Part shown: one piece after another, positions 11,036 to 64,000 of the stretch | Layout of the letters: each line of letters starts with the position of its first letter | Position numbering within the stretch: position 1 is the stretch's first letter | DNA from: the human T2T-CHM13v2.0 reference genome, Homo sapiens | Reading direction: 5' to 3' (one strand) | Length of the DNA: 64,000 bases | Assembly: GCF_009914755.1 (NCBI RefSeq) | Contig: NC_060925.1 | Translations under genes and position numbers: made by a program | Notes under the pieces: model-generated | Database searches by the model: none | Seen by the model: the letters and a program-made list of their open reading frames with translations, nothing else | Told to the model about the DNA's origin: nothing

Positions 11036-11088
11036 GCCGCGCCGTCCGCCGCGCCCGAGCTGCCTTCGCGTGCCCCCGCCCTGTGTTT

Positions 11089-11094
11089 TATAAA
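11089..11094 (+). terminator. Probable MIB2 polyadenylation signal (variant TATAAA, followed by AAGAAA)
   Basis: Only A/T-rich patch after the stop codon (54 nt downstream); no canonical AATAAA nearby. Confidence 0.6.
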
Positions 11095-12722
11095 AAGAAA
11101 GATTCTCGGACGTTGCCTCTGCTGTCTGCCTGGGGGACCGGGCGCCTCTGGGGTCCTCCCCTCGGGACACGCGGGCGAGCCTGGGGGCGAGGAGGGGGGG
11201 CCCTTCCCTGGGTCCGCCCCGCCCGCCCCAGGCTCTCGGGTCCAGACTCCCGCCCGGACTGCGGCCTTCGGGCCAGGACACCCTTCAGGCGCGGGCACGG
11301 CCGCCTCCCGCCCCCCAGGCCCGGGTCCGACGGGGCGGGGACTCCTGTGTCTGCCCCCGGGCCCCCCTCGCTCTTCCGTCCTGGGGGCGGCCGCGGGGAC
11401 TCGCGCTCTGATCCAAGGGGCCCGACACTCCCCAGGGCTGTGGGGTCCCGTCCCAGCAGGGAGTTAGTTGGGGGGCGTCCCAGGCAGGGTCTGGGGGCCG
11501 GGCGCACGCAGGCGGGGTGACGAGCTGGGGGGGCGGGGGGCGGTGTCGGAGCAAATACGGCGGCCAGGCCCAGCCTCTCGCGCTTTCCAAGAACCGCCCG
11601 CGGCCGCCGCCAGCTGCTTGGCGCTGACCCCGTTGGCCGGGCTGCCGTCACCCTGGGCCCGACGCCGGCGCGGAAAACGGGGAGGGACGAGACAGACACA
11701 GGCCGGTCTGGCTCGGAATCTCCTGCTCCTCTGCCCAATCCCCCACCCCCGCCCCGCGGGACGCCGGTGCCCGGTCTCGGTCCCAGCCCAGAGCCGCTCG
11801 CGCCTGGACGCCGGCCGCCCCGTCGAACCTTTGGGTCTCCGAGCTCCCCGCCCCCGCCCCCAATCAGGACCGGTCCAGACCTCCAGGCCCGGCGCTTAGC
11901 TCCGTTTCCCGTCCCTCCCGTCTCCCTCTCCCCTTTGCTGGGGCCTAGCCGGGGATTTAGGAGCCACACACCCTCCACCTCACGCGCTACCCTCCACGGG
12001 GCTTCCCGCAGCCAGGGCCCGCCCCTTCCCGGCTCCCCGGGAGACCCTGGCAAGTTCCCTCCCTCCGCCCCGCAACCTGGCACCCTCCGCGGCCCTTGCC
12101 TACCCACGCACCCCCTCCCCGCCTCCCCCTCCACCGCCCCATACTCACTGCCACGTCCCCATCCGGCCATCCCCTCCCAGCTCTCGGGGACACTGTCAGG
12201 CGAGCGACGCGTCTCCTGCGGCCCAGCTCAGCTGCCTGGGCCAGGATGGAGACTCCGCTCATGTGGGGCTCAGGGGTTTTTTGAGGATTCCATTTGGGAA
12301 AAAAGCCACCAGATCACTCACTGCCCAGCAGTGGGGGCTTGGGGACCCCCACTGCTACCCTTTCCTAAGCGGGAGCCCTGGCGCTGCCCTTCCCGGGCTG
12401 CCTGGGGCCCTCTTCGCTCCCCCCTCCGAGGACCCCGCCCAGCAGGCCATGCCCAGGCCTCTGCCCCTGGCCCACGGGACGCGGGTCCCCATGCCCCCGG
12501 CTGGAGACAGCAGGCAGCTCGGCCAACGGACGGGCCAGCTGGTTCCCTTCAGGGGCAGCCTTGCCCCCTCTCCCGCCCCGTCTCCCTCCCCCCCACCACA
12601 CCGGGCTGTAACCCGAGCCGCCGAGCCACTGCCTCCCCTCCGGATCCTCCCCGGAGGCTCTGCGGCCCGGGCCCCCGCGCCTTGCTGCCCCATGCAGCCC
12701 TGAGCCCCACAGCAAGTCTGCC

Positions 12723-15126
12723 ATGGGCCGCGGGGCCCGTGTCCCCTCGGAGGCCCCGGGGGCAGGCGTCGAGCGCCGCTGGCTTGGAGCCGCGCTGGTC
12801 GCCCTGTGCCTCCTCCCCGCGCTGGTGCTGCTGGCCCGGCTGGGGGCCCCGGCGGTGCCGGCCTGGAGCGCAGCGCAGGTGAGCGGCGGGGGGGAGGCCA
12901 GGTGCCGGGTTGGGGGGGTCCTCACGTCTGTGGGTCTGGTCTATCGGGGGGCCCGCAGGACGTGTGCGGGGTGTGCGGGGTGTTTGAGGGTCCGGATGTG
13001 CGTCCCGAGGTCGGAGGGTTGGACGCCCCTGTGTCCAGTTGTTGGGAGGGGTGGGAGGCCTCGCCCTGCTGTTCAGCCCCTTCCCCTCCACTGGGCCGCG
13101 TTCCCAGGGACGTGCAACAGGGCGCTCAGGTTAGGAGACCCGAAACCACAGGCAGACAGGACCCGCCACGCCCGCTCCCAGCCCTGGGCACCCCCACCCC
13201 CGTTTCCTTCCAGTCCATTTTCCGCGGCAGTTTTTGGTCCTGGGGACCGTCACCGATGCCTCCCACGCACGCTTTCTTCCCTGAAGGGAGACGTCGCTGC
13301 GCTGGGCCTCTCGGCGGTCCCCCCCACCCGGGTCCCGGGCCCACTGGCCCCCCGCAGACGCCGCTACACGCTGACTCCAGCCAGGCTGCGCTGGGACCAC
13401 TTCAACCTCACCTACAGGTGCGCCCTGGCTGGGCCCCGGGGGAGGGGGCGCGGCCGGCGCCCGCTGAGCTCACTCTCCCTGCAGGATCCTCTCCTTCCCG
13501 CGGAACCTGCTGAGCCCGCGGGAGACGCGGCGGGCCCTAGCTGCCGCCTTCCGCATGTGGAGCGACGTGTCCCCCTTCAGCTTCCGCGAGGTGGCCCCCG
13601 AGCAGCCCAGCGACCTCCGGATAGGTGGGCGCCCGCCCCCGCCCCGGCCCGGCCCTGCGCGCCCGGCCTCTCAGCCCCGTGCTCCCCCCAGGCTTCTACC
13701 CGATCAACCACACGGACTGCCTGGTCTCCGCGCTGCACCACTGCTTCGACGGCCCCACGGGGGAGCTGGCCCACGCCTTCTTCCCCCCGCACGGCGGCAT
13801 CCACTTCGACGACAGCGAGTACTGGGTCCTGGGCCCCACGCGCTACAGCTGGAAGAAAGGTGACCGTCCAGGCTGGCCTCCTGGAGGCCTCTCCTCTGCA
13901 GCACAGTGGGCTGCCGCGGTCGGGCTTTGGGGCAGACGGCAGGAGGGACCTTCCGGGGTGGTGGCTGCCACTGGAGTCTAGCAGGCAAGGAGGGGAGCCC
14001 GTGGGAGCCCCCATCCCGGCAGCCCTGAACTCCCTTTCCCATCCCCCTGCGCCTCTGGAGCGGGAGCTGGAGCTGCATTCCTGGGGGCCGAGCTCACCGC
14101 CTGGGCCCAGAACATTCTTATCTTTCCGTGGCTGCGGCCGAGGGCGGCTCCGCGGCTGCGCTCCAGCAGATACACCGGGCCTCGGGGAGCTGGCCCACGG
14201 GCGGCGGGGCTGGGCCCGGGGCTCCCAGGCGCTGACCCCCGGGGCCCGCAGGCGTGTGGCTCACGGACCTGGTGCACGTGGCGGCCCACGAGATCGGCCA
14301 CGCGCTGGGCCTGATGCACTCACAACACGGCCGGGCGCTCATGCACCTGAACGCCACGCTGCGCGGCTGGAAGGCGTTGTCCCAGGACGAGCTGTGGGGG
14401 CTGCACCGGCTCTACGGTGAGTCCCTTTGTCGGGCGGGAGGGCGGGGACCGGGCGGTCCTGAGCCAGGCCGTGCTCCCCACGCTCCCGACAGGATGCCTC
14501 GACAGGCTGTTCGTGTGCGCGTCCTGGGCGCGGAGGGGCTTCTGCGACGCTCGCCGGCGGCTCATGAAGAGGCTCTGCCCCAGCAGCTGCGACTTCTGCT
14601 ACGGTGATGCCCACGGGGCCGGGACAGGGCTGCGTGGGAGCTGGGCCTTGGCCATGGTCGGGGCTGAGGGGGCACTGACGGGGCTCTTTCCCCCACCCGG
14701 AGCAGAATTCCCCTTCCCCACGGTGGCCACCACCCCACCGCCCCCCAGGACCAAAACCAGGCTGGTGCCCGAGGGCAGGAACGTGACCTTCCGCTGCGGC
14801 CAGAAGATCCTCCACAAGAAAGGGAAAGTGTAGTGAGTGAGCGCCCCGGGCGGTCCTCGGGGTGGGCAGCCCGCGGGCGGCCTTGGGGCAGGGGTGCGGG
14901 GCAGGCAGCGGGGGGGGCTGTGCCTGCAGGAGACGCCCCGCCCCCCTGCAGCTGGTACAAGGACCAGGAGCCCCTGGAGTTCTCCTACCCCGGCTACCTG
15001 GCCCTGGGCGAGGCGCACCTGAGCATCATCGCCAACGCCGTCAATGAGGGCACCTACACCTGCGTGGTGCGCCGCCAGCAGCGCGTGCTGACCACCTACT
15101 CCTGGCGAGTCCGTGTGCGGGGCTGA
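12723..15126 (+). CDS. MMP23B: Matrix metallopeptidase 23 (type II signal anchor, furin site, catalytic domain, ShKT-like Cys domain, Ig-like domain); 390 aa
   Basis: Exons 12723-12878, 13287-13417, 13485-13624, 13692-13859, 14252-14416, 14493-14603, 14706-14832, 14952-15126 sum to 1173 nt. RRRR at 13353-13364; zinc motif HEIGHALGLMH at 14287-14319. B copy inferred from the intact ORF next to MIB2. Confidence 0.96.
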
Positions 15127-15134
15127 GCCCGGCT

Positions 15135-15140
15135 GATAAA
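15135..15140 (+). terminator. Probable MMP23B polyadenylation signal (variant GATAAA)
   Basis: Lies 9 nt after the stop codon and is followed by a pyrimidine-rich tract. Confidence 0.55.
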
Positions 15141-15742
15141 GCACTTTCTCTCTGATGGCTCCTGGCTCATTCTTGGGAGGGCAGCGGGCAGCCAGTCTGG
15201 GCAGGTGGACACCCCAGCCCCTGGTCCACCGAGAGCTGGGCGTCCTCGGGGCTGGGCACCCCTGCTTCCCCGCACAGCGGACAACAGGTACAGCACAGGA
15301 CGGGACGGGCTTTGCTAAGGTGGCCCCTGGGAAAGTGGGATAAGCGGAGGCCCCAGTGACAGGGGCAGCACGTGGAGCAGCACCTGGGGTAGCCCCAGAA
15401 GCCTGGGTTCTGTCTAGGACTTGCTCAGAGCTGGGGGAGGGAGGCAAAGGGGGCTTCCTGAAAGATGTGGCTGGGATGGGCCTCCAGGATCTTCTGCAAG
15501 GAGATGTGGGTGGGGGCTGGGAGGACTGGCACAGGGTGGGGGACCACCTTGCCAGAGTGGAGGCCCCCCAGGAGGTAGGAGCTCCCCTCCTGCCTGGGGA
15601 AGACACTGGCCCACATGGGGTCAGAGGCCACAGCCGCCCACCCCACCCTCTTCCCCTAGAGCCCGGTGGTCTGCGACTCCCCTCCCACACATGGTCCCGG
15701 GTCACTCAAAGGACGACACGGGGAGCCTTCCTCGAAGAATAT

Positions 15743-15748
15743 TTTAAT
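15743..15748 (-). terminator. CDK11B distal poly(A) signal ATTAAA (a proximal ATTAAA lies at 16098-16103)
   Basis: TTTAAT on the + strand at both sites, in A/U-rich 3' UTR context. Confidence 0.7.
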
Positions 15749-16250
15749 ACATTTTAAAACTCAACAACCTTGTATAAAAACCTGTCGAGTCTGCTGGCAC
15801 AGCTGGGGCTGGGGGTTGGGGGCCGGGGGCCTGTGTGGACAGGGCTGGTCTGGACGAGTGGGTTGGGGCAAGAGGGCATCGCTCATCCCAACACAGAAAC
15901 AGGTCTCCAGCTCCGAAGATTAAACAATCCACCCGGCTCCCACCAGTTCCTTTCCAAATCACGGCCCAGCCAGCCCCGTGCGTGTCGAGAGTGGGAGAGG
16001 GTGTGTGGAGGTTTGTGCTGCCCCACGTGGGCACCCGAAGATGCCCTGGCAAGTCACGGAGAAAACACAGCTCTTTCCTCCACAACAAGGAAAATGATTT
16101 AATTCTACAAATTTACAAACCAAAATACAAAAACAAAACATGGAGCACAAAGTAAGACGAGGAGTTCCGAGTCTCATCGCAGCTCCAGCCGCAGTAGCCA
16201 CGCCTGTGGTCCCGGCTGAGTTCTCCCCATGACGGGGTCCACTCTGACCT

Positions 16251-37936
<21,686 letters not shown>

Positions 37937-38067
37937 TTGAGTTAAAACACTGCAAAAAGAAAAATAATTCAGCCTACATCAGGACACAGCAAGCTATGGT
38001 GCTGAACACTTGAACCTAGTCACTTTTGAGGGATTCAGAATAAATCCTCATTAAGAATAAGAAGTTG

Positions 38068-38795
38068 TGCCCGGCGCAGTGGCTCAAGACGGTAACCCTA
38101 GCACTTTGGGAGGCCGAGGCGAGCAGATCGCTGGAGTTCCGGAGTTCAACACCAGCCCGGGCAACATGGCAAAACCTCGTCTCTACAAAAAATACAAAAG
38201 TTAGCCCAGTGTGGTGGCGCGTGCCTGTATTCCTAGCTACAGGAAGGAGGCTGCTAGAGGCAGGAGGATCACTTGAATCAGAGAGGTCAAGGCTGCAATG
38301 AGCCAAGACTGCGCCACTGCACTCCAGCCTACATAACAAAGTAAGACTTGGTTAAAAAAAAAAAAAAAAAAAAAAAGGTAAGCTCTAGGCTGAGGCGGGT
38401 GGATCACAAGGTCAGGAGGTCAAGACCAGCCTGGCCAACACGGCGAAAACCCTGTCTCCACTAAAAATACAAAACTTAGCTGGGCGTGGTGGCGGGTGCC
38501 TGTAATCCCAGCTACTCGGGAGGCCGAGGCAGCAGAATCGCTTGAATCCGAAAGGCGGAGGTTCCAGTGAGCCGAGGTCGCGTCACTGCACTCCAGCAAG
38601 ACCCCGTCTCAAAAAAAAAAAAAAAAAAAAAGAAAAAAAAACAAGAATGATAAGTTGTAAGCCAGGCAAGGTGGCGAGCGCCTGTAGTCCCATATACTCT
38701 GCAAGCTGAGATGGGAGACCGATTGAGCCCAGGAGTTCCAGGCTGAAGTGCGCTTGTGAACAGCCACTGCGCTGCAGCATGGGCGACAAAAAAGA
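38068..38795 (+). mobile_element. Three + strand Alu elements or monomers in CDK11B intron 1
   Basis: Alu matches at ~38068-38375, 38388-38640 and 38660-38795. Confidence 0.9.
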
Positions 38796-39059
38796 GTGAT
38801 GGGTTCTGAAAAATGACCGCTTGAAATCAAGTCTCGTTTCTGTCATTCTTGTATGGTCTTGGGTAACGTAATTCACCTCAGTTTAGTCTTCCGTACAACC
38901 AGAATAACAACACCTACGTGATAGTATCGATCGCGGATTAAAGATCATCCGTTTAAAGGCTCTTAACTCAGGACCTGCCACTCATCAAACACTGCTTTTA
39001 CTGTCAGAATCTGCTAGAAAGACCGCTTGGACTACGTGAAGCCACTAGCACACTGGACA

Positions 39060-41670
<2,611 letters not shown>

Positions 41671-41952
41671 AAAATCTCCAGTTTACCCTTCCTTTGTGAA
41701 ATCTGTGAGTACCCAAATGCAGCCACTCATGTCAAACCCTAACAAAATCGACCCCAGAGCCCACGAGGAGGGGGTGGCCTCGCACTTGCGCTTGATAGGA
41801 GCTGCCACAAAGGCCTTTCCCAACCAGAACTTTGGGTTCAGCCACTTCTGTGAAGAGCCTCTTTGCTAGCAACAGCCAGCCACACCGGTGAACAAAGTAG
41901 CATGAACACCAGAGTTCCACAAGGAAGAAAACAAAGCAGTCCATATTTAACA

Positions 41953-41958
41953 TTTATT
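41953..41958 (-). terminator. SLC35E2B poly(A) signal AATAAA closing a ~4.3-kb 3' UTR
   Basis: TTTATT on the + strand, with a GU/U-rich tract downstream on the minus strand (~41925-41940). Confidence 0.75.
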
Positions 41959-43655
41959 TTACTTTGCTGAGCAAGAATCATAGACAGCTACTACCACGGC
42001 TGCTTCGTTTGGACAAAAATAACGAGGAGGCATCCACGGGATTAGTTACACGGTATCAACTTACCACCACAGCAGAATCAACAGTGACTCGCTAATTAAC
42101 AGAACCGTTTGCTAGAAAGCACTAATCTAGTTATATAAATACTGAAATAGGTCACATGCAAAACACTATAAACGTTTTGTGTGATGTACTTTTAGTTCTC
42201 CATAGTTTTGTTTGGTATAAAGGAAATATAATTTGGCTGTGACGTAGACTGTTGATGTAATTTTCAAGTTTTCCTGTATGGGGAAAGTTGCCCTGACTGT
42301 GGCCCTTTTCAAGGTGGAGCCTCCAACACCACGTTGGCAGATTCAGACTCCGTGAACAGTCTAAATGAGCAAGTCAGCTGAATGCCACTTTCAGATGGAA
42401 GGGAAATGAGATGGAAAACAACAAAAAAGGACTGCCAGGCGGAACAGTTTCCAACCGAGTTTTCGTTGAGTGAGGATCCAGCAGCCATCAAACTCAAACA
42501 TAGGGGCCCGCAGGGAAACTGGAGGAAATACTTCAGAGACAGCAAAGCTGAAGGTTTCTGTGCTCTGAGGGATCCGAGAGTGGATGTCCCACTCCTGTAT
42601 CCTCAGCCAGACACAGAACTAGCCAGATTCATTAGGGAAGCTCGGATGCTCTCATTCTATAAAGTAAGGCCCCCAGCAGGGCACGTACATACATTGGGAA
42701 AGAAGAAACCCCTTAGTACCATGTTGGTCAAAGGCAAGAGAGAGAATTCTATTTCCATCTGGAATGTCATTCTTGTTTACTTCTTCCAACAGTGAAATAC
42801 TTCCAGGCCTTCGAAAGGCCATCCTTTGGACACATGTAAAAAGCTGTCTTGTTGGCCTGTTATTCCCACTGACCCGTCTGAGTGATCACCCAGGAGCGCG
42901 GCGGCAGCAAGCAGAGCTCACCGGATTTGGGACAAGGATTTTAAAGGCAGCTACAAAGCTGAGCTCTATTTGCTGATGATAGTCTCTGTTCAGCTGTTTA
43001 AAATGACTGTCTGACTCACCATGGTAATTTTTCACAAATTAAAGACACATTTTGGGTTGTGCAACAGTGTTCTCATCTTTCCAGGCAGGCAGATTATTTT
43101 AATGCTGTTATACAGGGAATTGGGACTCTCGGATTTTCTTTTTTAACCTTTTTATGCCTTTCAGTAGGGGAAGTTTCCTTGAAAGAGAGCTGCAAATCTC
43201 TAAGTATCAACGTAAAGAAGCCGATGACCCAATTCGGGAGGTGGTTCAAGTGTTCTGTTCGTTTACAAAAGCACAGACCACGACCATGGACACACCCAGT
43301 GGAAGTAACCACACCCGGTGTGTTCCTAGAAGCTCACCTGTGACAGTTCAACAAGAACTTACTATTCCAGAAAAGTATTACACAAAGTTATTTTAAAAAA
43401 TGTCTGTACAATCGTTAACACGGCCAAGCCAGGCCTTGGGTTTTGCCTCTTGGTGCCCGGCTGTGCTGGGAATGCCATGAAGACCAGCGGCTGGAAACCG
43501 ACTTGGGCATGGAGAGGAGACTGAGGGAGAGGGAGGGGACAGCACGACTGAGCAAGGGCACAGTGCTGGCTGCCTCATGGGCTCCAGGCTCCTTCTGCCA
43601 GGATGAGGAAGAGGCCCCAGAGCAGCGTTACACAGGAAATTACCCTATTTGCTAA

Positions 43656-44639
<984 letters not shown>

Positions 44640-46221
44640 TTACTTGTGGGTTAAAAAGCCTCACTTCGGTCCATCATCATGGCAGACTTTTTTGAGTAGG
44701 TAGAAGTTAATGAGTCAGAATTATTGCTCTGTTTCTGAATGATTTTATCTTCAGGAGGGGCTATTTTTGTATTTCCCAGGTGAGAAGCCAAATGGAAAGC
44801 CAGTGAAGTGACCATGGGTGCCAAAGGCCTAAAGAGCAGGCAGGGAAATGAGACTCAGGACCACTGGCGCCCCATGCTGCCTCTGACAAGCCCTGGAGCT
44901 CTGGGTCTCAAAGGCTGGCTGGCAACAGGCTGCACCGGGCATGGGAATCCGCCAGCTGCGAGATTGGGGGTAAAGAGCTCAGACATGGTCAGAAGCCTCT
45001 GCCTAACACACGGCTCCAGTAGCCACTCCTCAGGCCTCCTGCGCCCTCGGGGGTGCGTGACACAGGAGGATGAGTTGAGCTGGCTGGTGGCCCCAGTGTG
45101 CCGTACTACTGTCCCTTGGGGAGAGTGGGACAGGGTGGGCGCCTGACACACACCACGCGCCCCAGAAACATTCAGTGTGGACGTTTCCTTTTTCAGCAAG
45201 GACGGCGCCCAGGTAAACGCCACGTAACCCAAACCATCAACACTGCAGCGTCCTGCCCAAGGCTCACGTGGGGAACCGGACAGGTGCTAGATGATGATAG
45301 GAACGGTGGGCTCTGAGGGAGGACAGACAGGCTCACCCCACGGGGACCTCAGAACAGCCTGCCTCATACTCAGAGTCCAAAAAAGAAAAGGAACGTACAC
45401 ATCTCCTCCCAAGTTAAACACGAGAGGTTTGTCCTCAACCTCAGGGCTGGAAACCCCCACAGGTAGGAGGGCAGGGTGCCCTGGGGTTGCGGGGAGCTCA
45501 CGCAGCCCAGGGTGTGGAAGGGATAGGAGGGCAGGGTGTGGAAGAGGTAGGGGGCCTTCCTCTAAACAGAAGCGACTGAACGGCCTCCGTGGTCATAGCC
45601 CTTGAGTGCCGTGCAATGCTGCAGCTTGAGGCTTGCGATGCCTCTGGGATAGTCTGAGGATGCCCACAGCCCTGGGTCAGGTGGGGAGAAGTTCTGAGTG
45701 CCCACCGTGGCAGCAGGAGACCCTTCCTTCCAGGGCCCTCTGTCCCCTCCCTTCGGCCCTGCTCTGTGGCCTCATGCCCAGGGCCAGTCTGCCGCCGGTC
45801 CAGGGCCTCAGGGCCTTCGATGGCTGGTGTGGGAAGCCGAGGGCTCTCTTGGCTGTGGCAGGGAGCGGCTCTCGTTGGCACTGGACCCACCTCTGGCTCC
45901 CGGTGGACCCTGGGGTGTCGCCCAGAGAGGAAGTGGGCACCCCCAGCATGGGAGCCTCAGAGGCTGTTTTCACACTACACGGGGATGGGCTCGGCGGACA
46001 CAGTCAGCTACTGGTCTGGTCTCTACTCCAGGAAGCTGATACCTGGAATCCCCAGTTTGAGTTTCTGCTGGTCTTCACCGACAAACCGAGAAAGCCGCAG
46101 GCAATGGCCAACTTAGCTCCCCATGTCCTGCACCCCAGCAGGGCCATGGAGGAGGGCGTCCCTGCCCATTTCTGGGGGATGCAGTGTCACGAGGACAGCA
46201 GCAGCTGGCAGCTTCCTGCTC

Positions 46222-57286
<11,065 letters not shown>

Positions 57287-57385
57287 CTAAAATATTAAGA
57301 AAAGGAAACACATCACCCGTTTTGAACATTTAATGTCCTCAAAGGTTTCAACCACCAATTTAAAATCACTTTGAAAATGCAATTG

Positions 57386-63555
<6,170 letters not shown>

Positions 63556-63559
63556 TCCT

Positions 63560-63900
63560 GTGAGGAATGCACAGTTTCTCTGCACTCCCACACAACACTT
63601 CCCACAGGAGATGCAGGTTATTTCCACGTTGAGCAATTCTCCACAGACACTAGCTGTGTGTCCTCTGGTTCAATTCCCTCCCGAAGCCGTCCCCCTGGGG
63701 AGAGTGCCAGGTCCCCTGCGGCGAGGGCTGGATCCCACAAGACTGCCCCCTCCTCAGATGCTGGTCAGCCTGTGGGCCGTGCTTCTGACCGGCAGCTATA
63801 CATCGGGGTTCCCACGACACCCTCCTGAGGATCAATGAGTTTGACAGGACTGCCCTACAGAACTGCAGAAAGCACTTACGTTAAAAGAAAACAGAGGAGC
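63560..63900. mobile_element. MER21-like LTR fragment
   Basis: Motifs CCCACAAGACTGCCCCC, CTTCTGACC..GCTATA.ATCGGGGTTCCCACGAC.CCCTCC and CAGAACT match the MER21 family as I recall it; subfamily and strand not determined. Confidence 0.65.
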
Positions 63901-64000
63901 AGCCGGCCGCAGAGACGCGCAGGCAAGGCCTGGGCAGGTGCTGGGTTTCAGGCCCTCTCTGGGCGCCACCCCCTGCCCCCAGCACCACAATCCGAAGACC

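Larger units (their letters stand above)
9550..14700. promoter_or_regulatory. CpG-rich region over the MIB2 3' end, the intergenic gap and the MMP23B promoter and gene body
   Basis: Very high GC and CpG density by inspection; several GGGGCGGGG/CCCCGCCCC GC boxes at about 11200-12600. Confidence 0.75.

Noticed and set aside
11088-12882. Long ORFs of 360 aa (-) and 371 aa (+) between MIB2 and MMP23B
   Set aside because: CpG-island sequence depleted of stop codons; low-complexity Pro/Gly/Arg translation with no domain, and the + ORF starts at a non-ATG codon.
14599-15705. 368-aa antisense ORF over the MMP23B 3' end (also 7879-8931 antisense to MIB2)
   Set aside because: Shadow frames of GC-rich codons plus repeats; no independent coding signal.

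Overview
Human genomic DNA, recognised as the GC-rich 1p36.33 locus. Four protein-coding genes could be rebuilt exon by exon from splice sites and frame continuity: MIB2 (+, 18 coding exons, 955 aa from ATG 3958; 5' exons lie upstream of the window), MMP23B (+, 8 exons, 390 aa), CDK11B (-, 19 coding exons, 782 aa, tail-to-tail with MMP23B) and SLC35E2B (-, 8 coding exons, 405 aa; promoter beyond the right edge). The rest is Alu-dense intron and UTR with old L1 pieces, a deleted Tigger1, a MER21-like LTR and an RPS7 retrocopy. There is no CRISPR array, rRNA or tRNA, and most entries in the ORF track are GC-content or Alu artefacts. I do not see a demonstrably new biological system. The best leads are: (1) tandem repeats in MIB2 that repeatedly copy its own splice sites (a 42-bp acceptor+ATG duplication, a 51-bp poison-donor VNTR and a 36-bp in-frame donor VNTR); (2) a two-state 51/57-bp VNTR in a CDK11B intron that keeps a 255-codon sense ORF and arrays GCAUG motifs; (3) an apparently semi-processed RPS7 retrocopy in a three-level nested insertion; (4) an unexplained 45-bp element copied twice in MIB2. 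Gene names and paralog choice (B versus A copy) rest on recognition, not on a database search. Repeat boundaries are approximate.
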